Source: a virus
Taxonomy: Duplodnaviria; Caudoviricetes
Virus record (IMG/VR): IMGVR_UViG_3300030061_001772
Span: 1 to 60,731 of that record
Length of the DNA: 60,731 bases
Reading direction: 5' to 3' (one strand)
A model generated the notes under the pieces. It made no database searches. It was not told the origin of the DNA and worked only from the letters and a program-made list of their open reading frames with translations. Positions 27,701 through 35,989 of this stretch are shown here, one piece after another. A program made the position numbers and the translations under genes. Position 1 is the stretch's first letter. The number at the start of each line of letters is the position of its first letter.

Positions 27701-29366
27701 TGTTTGCTTTATTATCAGCTGATAGTATAACACTAGATTGCCTACCATACCTATCACTTAGTACAATTCCTACTTGATAATTTCTGTTTTGTTTCAAAGT
27801 ATGATTTTGGTATTCTATTCTAGTTTTTCCAGAAGTTATAGAACCGTCATTAACCCATTTTTCATCAACTTGAACAAAGTATGGTAACGTGCTTGGCGGC
27901 GTGTGTTTATCTAAGTAATTACCATAAACCACAGCGTCTTCAGCAACTTCTTGAGATAAAGCTCTAACAGGTGTTTTGTCATATACTCTAGTTAAATCTT
28001 TTTGAGGTAATGTTTTGAAAGGTTTTTGAGATAAGTAGTCATATAATATATATTCAGTGTTTAAATATGGCGCCACTAATTGATCATCCATACTTAAAGT
28101 TTCTACAATGTTTATAGAAGTTAAATTAGATTGTTTATATAAGACATCTATTTCTTTAATTTTAAAACGTTCAATAGCTTCTTGCCAAGTACCATAAGGA
28201 GATTTTATAACAACTCGTACGTAATCAACTTTGTTAACCATAAAGTTAAGTTCAGTTGAAGTATACGCTGCTTTTTCTTGATCGTTAGTTATAAAATAAC
28301 CATCTTGTTGAGGAATAAAAGCTGATTGCGTAAATGGAGAAATTAAAGAGTATTCGTTATCATCGAATTTTATTCTCCAAGCAAATCTAACAAACTTATC
28401 TTTTAAGAAGTCTTCATCACCGTCGTAATCTGCATCATAAAACGGATTAGCAGCTACTTCGTCAGGAAGTAAAGGTGAGGTTCTATCTTGCAGTCCACAG
28501 TTCTCGTCTACAGTTACTGTTATAGTGCCACTACCTACTGCTGGTCCGTTAGGGCCACTAGCTAGGGTGCAAAGATGATTTCCAGCTCCCAATAACCCAT
28601 AGTTGTTTCCTATGTCTAAAAATCTAAAAGTATCAATTCCGCCAGTACCTGTTATAGTAGTTATTATAACTTTAGCTGGATTAACTTCACCAACAGCTGG
28701 TAATGGTGGGATTAAGTATACAACTTGGTTAACACTATAGCCTGTTCCTAGATTAGTTTTAGTCGCGGCAACTATTTGTAGGTTTATAAACTCAGGTGCA
28801 TTTATAGGATAATATTTAGATACACTAATTTGATCCTCACATGTATAATAGCCGTTAGCTCCAGGATTATTTATCGCTTTATTTACATTTATTTTTCTTG
28901 GTTGATTTCTATTATCTGTCCAAAATAATAAATCATTTATTAAGTTAACTCCTATAATAGGGTTATATTGTGAAAAATTTAACCAATAACCTTCAACTAG
29001 CTTTGTACCTTGATTGTTAGTTATATCATATAAACAAATATAACATTTAGAAGTAGAATATGCAAAGTTGGTTAACTGATCAGAAGAAGTATCTGTATAG
29101 TCTGTTAAGAAAGCAAAAACCCTATTATTAGCAACGTCCATATACTTGCCTATAACTTGTACTTTATTAGTTAATTCACTACCAGAAAGTCCAAAAGTAG
29201 AAACCAAGTTGTTTCCTAATACATTCTCCAGTGATCCAACGTCGTCGCCGTCAGATCTACTGATCATTATATTTTCTGCGTTTCTATATTCATTGTTTGG
29301 AACTAATCTTTGCTCTAAGTCTTTATTCATCTTAGAGCCAAGAAAGTTGTTTCTAGCTTCTGCCAT
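24738..29366 (-). CDS. Tail stabilisation/nozzle protein, N-terminal part
   Basis: KMNKDL..RLVPNNEYRNAENI, LLFWTDNRNQPRKIN and YQVGIVLSDRYGRQS motifs. Confidence 0.75.
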   Translation of the reverse strand: MAEARNNFLGSKMNKDLEQRLVPNNEYRNAENIMISRSDGDDVGSLENVLGNNLVSTFGLSGSELTNKVQVIGKYMDVANNRVFAFLTDYTDTSSDQLTNFAYSTSKCYICLYDITNNQGTKLVEGYWLNFSQYNPIIGVNLINDLLFWTDNRNQPRKINVNKAINNPGANGYYTCEDQISVSKYYPINAPEFINLQIVAATKTNLGTGYSVNQVVYLIPPLPAVGEVNPAKVIITTITGTGGIDTFRFLDIGNNYGLLGAGNHLCTLASGPNGPAVGSGTITVTVDENCGLQDRTSPLLPDEVAANPFYDADYDGDEDFLKDKFVRFAWRIKFDDNEYSLISPFTQSAFIPQQDGYFITNDQEKAAYTSTELNFMVNKVDYVRVVIKSPYGTWQEAIERFKIKEIDVLYKQSNLTSINIVETLSMDDQLVAPYLNTEYILYDYLSQKPFKTLPQKDLTRVYDKTPVRALSQEVAEDAVVYGNYLDKHTPPSTLPYFVQVDEKWVNDGSITSGKTRIEYQNHTLKQNRNYQVGIVLSDRYGRQSSVILSADNKANTLYHPYRSGLNYNPLDTTGNRLDQNFSYFYPNVQGDHLLTTNGSSSVPNDTWAGDSLKLTFSNIIDSVKNSSLGTPGLYNDFGKVAAIIITNGGTGYSDSSYTDLSSVKGGSGLGISITTTAGVITGVTVTDPGINFIIGTSITLSGGDNNAVLEVVKLEEPNPTGWYSYKVVVKQTQNEYYNVYTPGVLSGYIDGEAANIGQLESGQPVGATVSEPIIHLALYGDNINKVPRDLSQLGPTQTSFRTGRPSYADDPSYYDFVNDQGQTFSVNPYDVDDQIRLKARDRARDLDSGSIITNSSVELYPRLYNYFLFGTSNPTPGQPVSQRGAPPFANDLGKNNIQGYFGTRTVEITTIGTGVELGLWDPAATQPFNEAYSFFQYETNPLIARGQVPLDSQASVRQAELDYFGCAGPSPFAGKVTYESAQAANSLGDEMLPGSKNVGLEVLKISSTSATPYFLYAGPYTQTPGGGLASPLPTNTYGDLGSKGTGLLADIMLVNATGFTTEEGNSGLAVDPKNPGTAISSGFMKISNPNGENGVKGFNVYGFPWHLQETSGVEGGTPTPLATNFQYNLQVSVKAGDGKCKYYICVKLNPNPGAMVPQLAVFETQPIESKLDIYWETSTSGLISELNTNVLENDTVTPTSLVGTYAPLSEVSIPKIDGIVVGIVKGPYAYLLEDIRCLTQGGAEINFGPTTNASIQLLSYYDGVTTTIINNTPVNDRLWDIEINSTSGRAQVYLNIPAWYKSYTSVNLNTYSFQFRVVSPSVNFPIDGTFITNDFTNLNSSAGEPYAITNAYPNFEVSAASLLTYRQVGVGGTSATSGIVGGAPTLADENYLGSVNVNGFPVGTYPRLVFTFKAFNGAYSWNGTTDWQQSYSANKDQEQYTVSNLALWKAGSTAGTFNVIPQVSGSGGTYTISPNGTGSMELRCGTSFISTHGAGMYYIAKSTSKTSTPEPIEITDTDGTSKTLMNAYGPTVYNDLLRINIT

Positions 29367-29368
29367 AA

Positions 29369-30538
29369 TTAATGTTTAATCCATTTAGATTTGCCTCTCA
29401 TAATTTGAGTGAACTCTTCTAGTTTTATATTAGATAATCTTATTTTAGCATTTCTCAACTCAGCTGATCTTCTACGTCTAAATCTTTGTACTATATACTC
29501 AGGCACATTTGATCTAGTTGAAAGTATACCATAAGCTATATGCATATATAAAGCTTCCTCAGCAAACTTAGGTATCTTAGTGTCTTGTTCGTATGCTAGA
29601 CCATCAGAAATGTATTCTAATATTATGAGTTGTCCTGCTAGGTTACTAGAAAAGTTAAACATACCTGTTCTTCTATTAATAGTATACCATCCATTTTGTT
29701 GAGTAAGCTCTGGTGCTAAACCATATCTTTGACCATAAAACAATTTCCAGTACTGCCAATCATAAACGCCTATAGCATCTTCATTCCATTCACCTATTAA
29801 GTTCTCTTGATTAAACGTCTTCCATCTTTCCTCTATCTGTGACTGAGCAGCTTCTAGATTACTTTCAACTCCAGGCTCGTTGTCTTGAGTAGGTATGCCT
29901 TTAGAATCTTGTATTGGTAGTTGAGTAGGGTTAGAAGTTAAATTAGGCTCTGCTGGATATATTATTCTTTTAACACCCGCTTGATCAACCCAACTTACTT
30001 TAACATAGTTAACATAGTCTTGAGGAATAGCCACCGCTAAACTTGGTGGTATGGTTAACTCTTGAGACTTTATACTTCTTAATGTATCATAGCTAAACTC
30101 TTGTAATCCTCGTTTAGAGTGAAACATAACATCTGTACGTTTTACTTTTGGTATTAGTTTACCTTCACCTACATAGCCTACTAAAAAGTTTTCTATAACA
30201 TCTCCTAGCGTTATGTATTCATAGCCACCATAGTTATCTTCAACAGCTAGATTAGTTAGTTTTATAAGTATGTTATCATTTAATGCTGGCGCTACAGTAA
30301 ATACTAAAAGATTAGGCGTCGTTGCAGAAAGAGCATAACCGGTAGATTGTATTGCGCCGTTTATATAAACTTCAAAATTACTTAACACAGTGACCGTTGG
30401 TATACCAATAACCATCTGTGTTTCAAATGTACATTGAAAATCTGTAGTGGTGTTATCGCCTTTAAAATGTTGTTGCCCAGCGTAATAGTTAGCGTTAGTT
30501 TCAGTTATTAATCCTCCGTCTGGATATTGTAGTCCCAT
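29369..30538 (-). CDS. Tail ring / adaptor structural protein
   Basis: KRGLQEFSYD, PQDYVNYV and ILEYISDGL motifs; position in the structural block. Confidence 0.7.
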   Translation of the reverse strand: MGLQYPDGGLITETNANYYAGQQHFKGDNTTTDFQCTFETQMVIGIPTVTVLSNFEVYINGAIQSTGYALSATTPNLLVFTVAPALNDNILIKLTNLAVEDNYGGYEYITLGDVIENFLVGYVGEGKLIPKVKRTDVMFHSKRGLQEFSYDTLRSIKSQELTIPPSLAVAIPQDYVNYVKVSWVDQAGVKRIIYPAEPNLTSNPTQLPIQDSKGIPTQDNEPGVESNLEAAQSQIEERWKTFNQENLIGEWNEDAIGVYDWQYWKLFYGQRYGLAPELTQQNGWYTINRRTGMFNFSSNLAGQLIILEYISDGLAYEQDTKIPKFAEEALYMHIAYGILSTRSNVPEYIVQRFRRRRSAELRNAKIRLSNIKLEEFTQIMRGKSKWIKH

Positions 30539-30544
30539 AATTTA

Positions 30545-31321
30545 TTAAGATTTTTCAGTTATTTCCTCTTGTCTTATTGCTTGTTCTGCAACGTTAACAA
30601 TTTGTGGGTCTCTAATTATTACACCAGCATAAAGTAATATGCCTATTACTAGTTCAGTTTTATCTTGATCAGATATTTCAAAATGAACAGAACCCGATGG
30701 TGAGTTAGGATAATCAGACGCTGTGCCTGGTTCCTTGTATATATATTGTCCTTGTGCACCTATATTAAAAGCCCATATAGGATCTGCAGGCTTTTTAACA
30801 TAATAAGCATTTATTTTTGTAATTGTATTTGGATACACCTTAGCTATGTTGGGTGATTGCAATACATATAAAGGAGCTGTTAAAGTAGGAGCGGTTAGCT
30901 TAGATCTTTTTATATGATTTAATTCATGAACAGTAGAGGTTTGTAATTCTATTTCTGGATTACCCATAAAAGAGGAATTATAAGATAAAGTGCCAAGCCT
31001 ATGAACTTTATCAGTGGTTCCTTCAGCAGGGGTAGTGCTATTAGGTGCTAACAAAAACTTACCTGTGGCTTGCGCTTCTATATCATCAGACACTTCAAAT
31101 GCTGCAATCTTTTCTTCTAATGTTTTTATTCTATCAGCATATTCACTTGCTGCAACTGGGCTACGTAAATAGAAGTTTAAATCTTCAAAGTATTTTTCAA
31201 ATATAGATTGTTGCACTTGAGCACCAACTTTGTTGAACTCAGGTGGTGTCATGTATCCTCTTTGTTCTTTATTTATTATAAATAAGACTGTTTGATATAC
31301 GTCATTTACGTCTACTGCCAT
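30545..31321 (-). CDS. Tail ring / head-tail connector protein
   Basis: VYQTVL.I.NKEQRGY.TP.EFN and ILLYAGV.IRD motifs. Confidence 0.7.
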   Translation of the reverse strand: MAVDVNDVYQTVLFIINKEQRGYMTPPEFNKVGAQVQQSIFEKYFEDLNFYLRSPVAASEYADRIKTLEEKIAAFEVSDDIEAQATGKFLLAPNSTTPAEGTTDKVHRLGTLSYNSSFMGNPEIELQTSTVHELNHIKRSKLTAPTLTAPLYVLQSPNIAKVYPNTITKINAYYVKKPADPIWAFNIGAQGQYIYKEPGTASDYPNSPSGSVHFEISDQDKTELVIGILLYAGVIIRDPQIVNVAEQAIRQEEITEKS

Positions 31322-31334
31322 TTTAATATTTTTA

Positions 31335-31362
31335 AAAAAAAAGGCGACGTTTAAGCCGCCTT
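31335..31362 (-). terminator. Intrinsic terminator-like hairpin
   Basis: Minus strand AAGGCGGC-TTAAAC-GTCGCCTT followed by a T run. Confidence 0.7.
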
Positions 31363-31366
31363 AATT

Positions 31367-31377
31367 ATTATCACTTG
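31367..31377 (-). promoter_or_regulatory. Putative late promoter motif CAAGTGATAAT
   Basis: One of three intergenic CAAGTGAT(A/T)(A/G)T copies. Confidence 0.5.
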
Positions 31378-32178
31378 TTATTTGAGTTTTTTCTCAATAG
31401 TTTTGTAAACTTCAACTCCTTCATCTGTTTTAAACCAAGCGGCTAAAGCCGAGTATGGATTTTCATCAAATGGTATTGTCATAAGTTTTCTATCGTTGCT
31501 ACCCCACATAAATGTTCTTTGATCTTGAGCAAGTTTTAATATTCCTTGTTCAGCAGCTTTAATTCCAAAGTTTCTAAGAGTAACATTGTCATCATTAAGC
31601 AGCGCTAAGAAGTTTTGAGGATTATTTCTAGCAAATAATATAACATCTCTTTTAAGCTCTTTAGAACTCATGCTAGATACCTTAGAACCAACTTCTACAC
31701 GTAGTATAGCTTCTGCGTCGTCTATATCTAAATCATAAGCCGCTTGAGTTGCTTGTATTTCTATCTCTAAATAATCAAAGTCATCTTCAGCTTGAATTTC
31801 AGCGTCGAACTCTTCATATAATTGCCCTTTAGCAGGGTGGTATAAAGATAATAATTGCTGTAACGCTAAGTTTTCTTTTCTAACTGTTAAAGATCCATTT
31901 TCAAATAAAATATGAGATAATGTAACTGGACCTTCTTGTTCATCAACAAATATTGATCTTTGATTTGTAGCATACCTAAGCTCTCTGTTGTAACCTTTAT
32001 CAGGGTCAAACCAAAGCAAAGGGTGTCTTTGAGTATGTCTAGAACCTAATTTAAATAATAATGGTTCTTTCATTCCTTTTAGATAGTAATTTCTATCTTT
32101 ATATTCCCAAGTATCTTTTTTTACCTCAGGTTTTACTACAGTTTTCGTTGCAGTTTTTTTCTTTTCTTTTGTTTCCAT
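31378..32178 (-). CDS. Hypothetical protein of the capsid module
   Basis: 266-aa ORF with RELRYATNQRSIFVDEQ. Confidence 0.8.
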   Translation of the reverse strand: METKEKKKTATKTVVKPEVKKDTWEYKDRNYYLKGMKEPLLFKLGSRHTQRHPLLWFDPDKGYNRELRYATNQRSIFVDEQEGPVTLSHILFENGSLTVRKENLALQQLLSLYHPAKGQLYEEFDAEIQAEDDFDYLEIEIQATQAAYDLDIDDAEAILRVEVGSKVSSMSSKELKRDVILFARNNPQNFLALLNDDNVTLRNFGIKAAEQGILKLAQDQRTFMWGSNDRKLMTIPFDENPYSALAAWFKTDEGVEVYKTIEKKLK

Positions 32179-32200
32179 AATATAATATAATATAATAATT

Positions 32201-32226
32201 AAAAAAGACCCCGCCGAAGCGGGATC
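32201..32226 (-). terminator. Intrinsic terminator with cUUCGg tetraloop
   Basis: Minus strand GATCCCGC-TTCG-GCGGGGTC-TTTTTT. Confidence 0.85.
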
Positions 32227-32241
32227 ATTGTTTTTTTGTCC

Positions 32242-32892
32242 TTACGCAGACTGCTCTAAAGTTAAAGCTTCTATGTCAGGATCTGACCAAACTACTACAG
32301 GGACACTGTTGGGAGTTTGGATAGCTTTAACCATTGCGTCTGCAACGTCTCTAGCCGCCATATCCAATTCAGGATTTATACTAGGATGATCTAGTTTTAG
32401 TTTTAATTGCTGAGGTCTCTCAGGTGGATTTTGTGTAGTATTTAAACTAGGTATATTTTGGTAGAAGTTAATTCCATTAGCATATGGATCTACGCATAAA
32501 ACCTTGTCAATATCAATTAACACATACTCATTTGTAACCGTTCCGTCAGACTCTATTAAGTCAGCTTTTGTAATTGTAAAAGTTATTGGAGCATTCCAAG
32601 TGGTTTGTCCACCTGTTGATTGCGCAGCAACAGTTACAACGTCACCTACTTTATATCCTTCACCAGCGTTTGCTATTGTTAAAGTCATGTTAGCAATAGC
32701 TGTGCCAGTTGCTACACCTGTAAACGTTGCACCAGTTCCACCAGCAGGAACTACTGTAGTAGCTGTAGCTGGAGATGCAGTTCCAGAAGCAATTGTTCCA
32801 CCACCAGATAATCTAGATCCAGCAATTGTTATTGCAGCAGCAAAGCTCCTTGGAGGATTTACTGCTAAAGGTACTTTTATATAATTTGCCAT
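32242..32892 (-). CDS. Putative capsid decoration/auxiliary protein
   Basis: Downstream of MCP; Thr/Ala/Gly-rich beta insert; similar to the neighbouring ORF. Confidence 0.6.
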   Translation of the reverse strand: MANYIKVPLAVNPPRSFAAAITIAGSRLSGGGTIASGTASPATATTVVPAGGTGATFTGVATGTAIANMTLTIANAGEGYKVGDVVTVAAQSTGGQTTWNAPITFTITKADLIESDGTVTNEYVLIDIDKVLCVDPYANGINFYQNIPSLNTTQNPPERPQQLKLKLDHPSINPELDMAARDVADAMVKAIQTPNSVPVVVWSDPDIEALTLEQSA

Positions 32893-32904
32893 AATTTCTC
32901 TTTT

Positions 32905-33234
32905 TTAAACAGGTTTATTAATATTCGCAGCAAAAGCATAAACTAAAGAAGGAGTTCCTTCTAATTTAAACTGTGGTATAGAATTAGGTGCTTTAACAGA
33001 CTTTTCAATAGCCGCAAGCAAATTTGCTTTATCATTAGCTGTAGGATTAACACCACCTACAGCAATGTTTGTGTAAATTGTTTGTGCTGCATTATTTGTT
33101 AAAAACACTGTATCATAAATAATCTTTATACTACCAAATGATGTTTGTATATCAATAACTCCATCAACCGCTATTAAAAGATCTCTTTCTGTTCGATCAG
33201 GACCAGCGTATGCTTTCATTCGTATGAAATTCAT
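32905..33234 (-). CDS. Putative capsid decoration/auxiliary protein
   Basis: Directly downstream of MCP; shares motifs with 32242-32892. Confidence 0.6.
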   Translation of the reverse strand: MNFIRMKAYAGPDRTERDLLIAVDGVIDIQTSFGSIKIIYDTVFLTNNAAQTIYTNIAVGGVNPTANDKANLLAAIEKSVKAPNSIPQFKLEGTPSLVYAFAANINKPV

Positions 33235-33315
33235 AATTTATATTTTTTCCAAGAGCGCCAGCTCTTATTATTAAAAGTTAATAAGTGGAGAGCGCCAGCC
33301 CTCCACTTTATATAA

Positions 33316-34782
33316 TTATACAGTTGACTTAAACAATACGAAATTATTCGCTGCTTGAGTAACTAAACATCTTTCTGTTAAGAAATTGACTTGCATAGCA
33401 TCAATGTTTGAAGTATAAGCACCACCGACAGAACCAGTGATCCATGATTTATATCTTCTATCATCAGCTTGTGAAGCTCTATATCTTACGTGTAAGAAAG
33501 GTCGTCTGATATTTGTTCCTAACATTTGATCGTATACTGTAGAAGTACCAGCTGGTACCATAACACCATCGATATCTTTAACCATACCACGAGTAGTAGC
33601 ATCATTTAGATATTTCCAGTCAGTTTTGTAGAAGTCATAAGAACCTCTTCTAAAACCAGCAAAACCAAAGTTAAGAGCCATTTCTTGCTCATTCTCAAAT
33701 AAACCATAAGAAGCAGCTTGAGTAGAAGCATAACCTCCACCAGCTTGTGCAGCGATCATATCGTCAAAATCAAGAGCAGTAGCTCTGTTTAAGAATAACA
33801 TGTTTTCTTCAATAGCACCTTGCTTATCTAGTTGTTTAAGAATTGCATCGAAATCACCTAATGCACCAGCTCCAGGAGCAGCAGCACCAGCGAAATCATT
33901 CCATACTAAACCTCTATCTTCAATAGCAGAAAATAAACCTTGAGTACCTTTAACAGGAGCATTAGTAGCATTGAAAAGAGTATCTCCAGCCGCAGCTAAT
34001 ATATCTGTTCCAGTAGCTAGTTCACCTTCAACCATAGCCATTTCCATGTAGTCTTCAAATCTTAATCTAGTTTCAGCTTCAGCTTTCATATACCAGAAAT
34101 ATCCAGCAGATCCATCTTCAGCAGCAATTTCGATCCAACCAATTTGAGCTGTATCAGAACCAGATACTTCAAAATAATCCTTCATAATGATAGGACTATT
34201 AGAAAAAGTACTTGGCGTTGGCTCAATTGATTTTTGATTGTTACCTACTCCTTTTGGAAATTCAGAACCATATACAAACATTTTATAGTTAGCAGTAGTT
34301 GTTCCAAATACCGCAGCAATATCATTAGCTTGGTAAGGTAATAAAGTAACTTGCTTAGCAGCGTCATTAACAGCAGATACTAAACATTTAGCTGTAAGTA
34401 ATCCATTTGATAAAACAACAGTGTTGTTTATTTTCAAAGCAAAATTACCAGTTACAGTAAACACGTTAGTAGCGGCACCAGTTCTAGTAACATCTTCATA
34501 AGCTACGTGTAATCTATTTTGTTCAGACCAAATTACTTGATCAGATGTCATTGGCATCTCAGCGCCAACCATTCTTAGGAAACCACCTAAAGTTCTGTTT
34601 CCGTATCTCTCTACTTCAGCTTCATAAAGCTCAGGTAGGTATTGTTGTGTCCAAGTTGAGAAGGCAGCATCATGAAAATTAATATAATTATCAGGTAATG
34701 TTGTCTTCTGTGGCATTGGCTTTATACTAGCTGGGAAAGCTCCCGTGTTTACGCCAGTATTGTTTGTTACAAATCCACTCAT
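33316..34782 (-). CDS. Major capsid protein
   Basis: QQYLPELYEAEVERYGNRT, WSEQNRLH and GFRRGSYDFYKTDWKYLND; follows portal and scaffold genes. Confidence 0.85.
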   Translation of the reverse strand: MSGFVTNNTGVNTGAFPASIKPMPQKTTLPDNYINFHDAAFSTWTQQYLPELYEAEVERYGNRTLGGFLRMVGAEMPMTSDQVIWSEQNRLHVAYEDVTRTGAATNVFTVTGNFALKINNTVVLSNGLLTAKCLVSAVNDAAKQVTLLPYQANDIAAVFGTTTANYKMFVYGSEFPKGVGNNQKSIEPTPSTFSNSPIIMKDYFEVSGSDTAQIGWIEIAAEDGSAGYFWYMKAEAETRLRFEDYMEMAMVEGELATGTDILAAAGDTLFNATNAPVKGTQGLFSAIEDRGLVWNDFAGAAAPGAGALGDFDAILKQLDKQGAIEENMLFLNRATALDFDDMIAAQAGGGYASTQAASYGLFENEQEMALNFGFAGFRRGSYDFYKTDWKYLNDATTRGMVKDIDGVMVPAGTSTVYDQMLGTNIRRPFLHVRYRASQADDRRYKSWITGSVGGAYTSNIDAMQVNFLTERCLVTQAANNFVLFKSTV

Positions 34783-34803
34783 TTTTTAATTTTTAAGTTA
34801 AAG

Positions 34804-35967
34804 TTATTGTTTATATTTTTTAATTTTTAACTTGGAACTATCATCTCCGCTGATTGCTCTAACCTTAAATCCATTAAACGTTATGTCTCCTGAATTAGGT
34901 TTTGCGCTTTCAATGTTAGCCGACTTACTCATTATCTCTTTTAAACCATCTGCTTTACCTTGTTCGTAAAAATGATTTGCTAAAGAATCTGGGTTTCTAG
35001 CTGCATATACAGCTTTGTGATAGCCTTTTAAATCAGATACTTCACCTTTTTTGTTTAAGAACTTCTTAACTAGATTGTTAAGGTCTGACTGTGCTTCAGC
35101 AACATTTTCAGTGTTATTAATCTTGTACTTAAAAGCTTTATCTCCTACATTGAACTCGAAACCTTCGTGTTCTTTAAAATAATCTTTTGTACCCGATTGA
35201 AACTTACTAAACCTGTCTTTTCTCACGTTTTGTTCCTCGTTATATCTATTGAAAAACTCCATAGCTTTTTCAACCTCACTAGAATTTGCTGCTGGTCTCA
35301 TCTCGATATTAGCTGCATATTTTTTCTTTGTTTCGTCAAAATAGCTTTTAGCTTTTGCAATTTCTTCTTTTAGTGCCAACCTTTTAGTACGAATTTCTCT
35401 TTCGTCTGCTTCTTCTTCGTCATATTCAAAGTTTTCCTCCATTGTCCATTCAATCTCTTCTAAATCTAAATGAGGTTTTGTTGACCTATAATACTCTTTT
35501 ATTAAAGACTCATTACCCATCTTAGAGTAATCAGTATTTAATCTAACATAATCCTCTAGAGTTCCACCAGTGTCTTGCATAAACTCTACAAGTTTCTCAA
35601 TATTTTCTGGTAGTTCAGGTTGAGGATTTTCTTTAATTTCTTCTTCAGCTTTTTCTAACTGAGTTTCAGTTTCATCATTAGCCTCTATTATTACTACTTC
35701 TTTTTCTTCTTCGGTAGTTTCTTGTTTTTCGGCGTGTGCTTCTCCCACTTCTTTGCCATCTGTGGCTTGTTCATCCACATCCACTGTCTTTGCGCTTGAC
35801 TCTTGAACGGCATCTTGTATTTCTTTTTCTTTAGTTTCTATAGCTTCTTCTTCTTGCTTTTTAAAATCTACCTTAGTAGTATTGTCTTCTGTTTTGGAAA
35901 GCTTTTTAGGTCTTCCTGGTTTCTTTTTCATTTTAAAGTCACCTTCTTGTTTTACTTCTTCTGACAT
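34804..35967 (-). CDS. Putative scaffolding protein
   Basis: Highly acidic N-terminus; ANHFYEQGKAD; lies between portal and MCP. Confidence 0.7.
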   Translation of the reverse strand: MSEEVKQEGDFKMKKKPGRPKKLSKTEDNTTKVDFKKQEEEAIETKEKEIQDAVQESSAKTVDVDEQATDGKEVGEAHAEKQETTEEEKEVVIIEANDETETQLEKAEEEIKENPQPELPENIEKLVEFMQDTGGTLEDYVRLNTDYSKMGNESLIKEYYRSTKPHLDLEEIEWTMEENFEYDEEEADEREIRTKRLALKEEIAKAKSYFDETKKKYAANIEMRPAANSSEVEKAMEFFNRYNEEQNVRKDRFSKFQSGTKDYFKEHEGFEFNVGDKAFKYKINNTENVAEAQSDLNNLVKKFLNKKGEVSDLKGYHKAVYAARNPDSLANHFYEQGKADGLKEIMSKSANIESAKPNSGDITFNGFKVRAISGDDSSKLKIKKYKQ

Positions 35968-35989
35968 AATATAATATAATAGTTAATAA

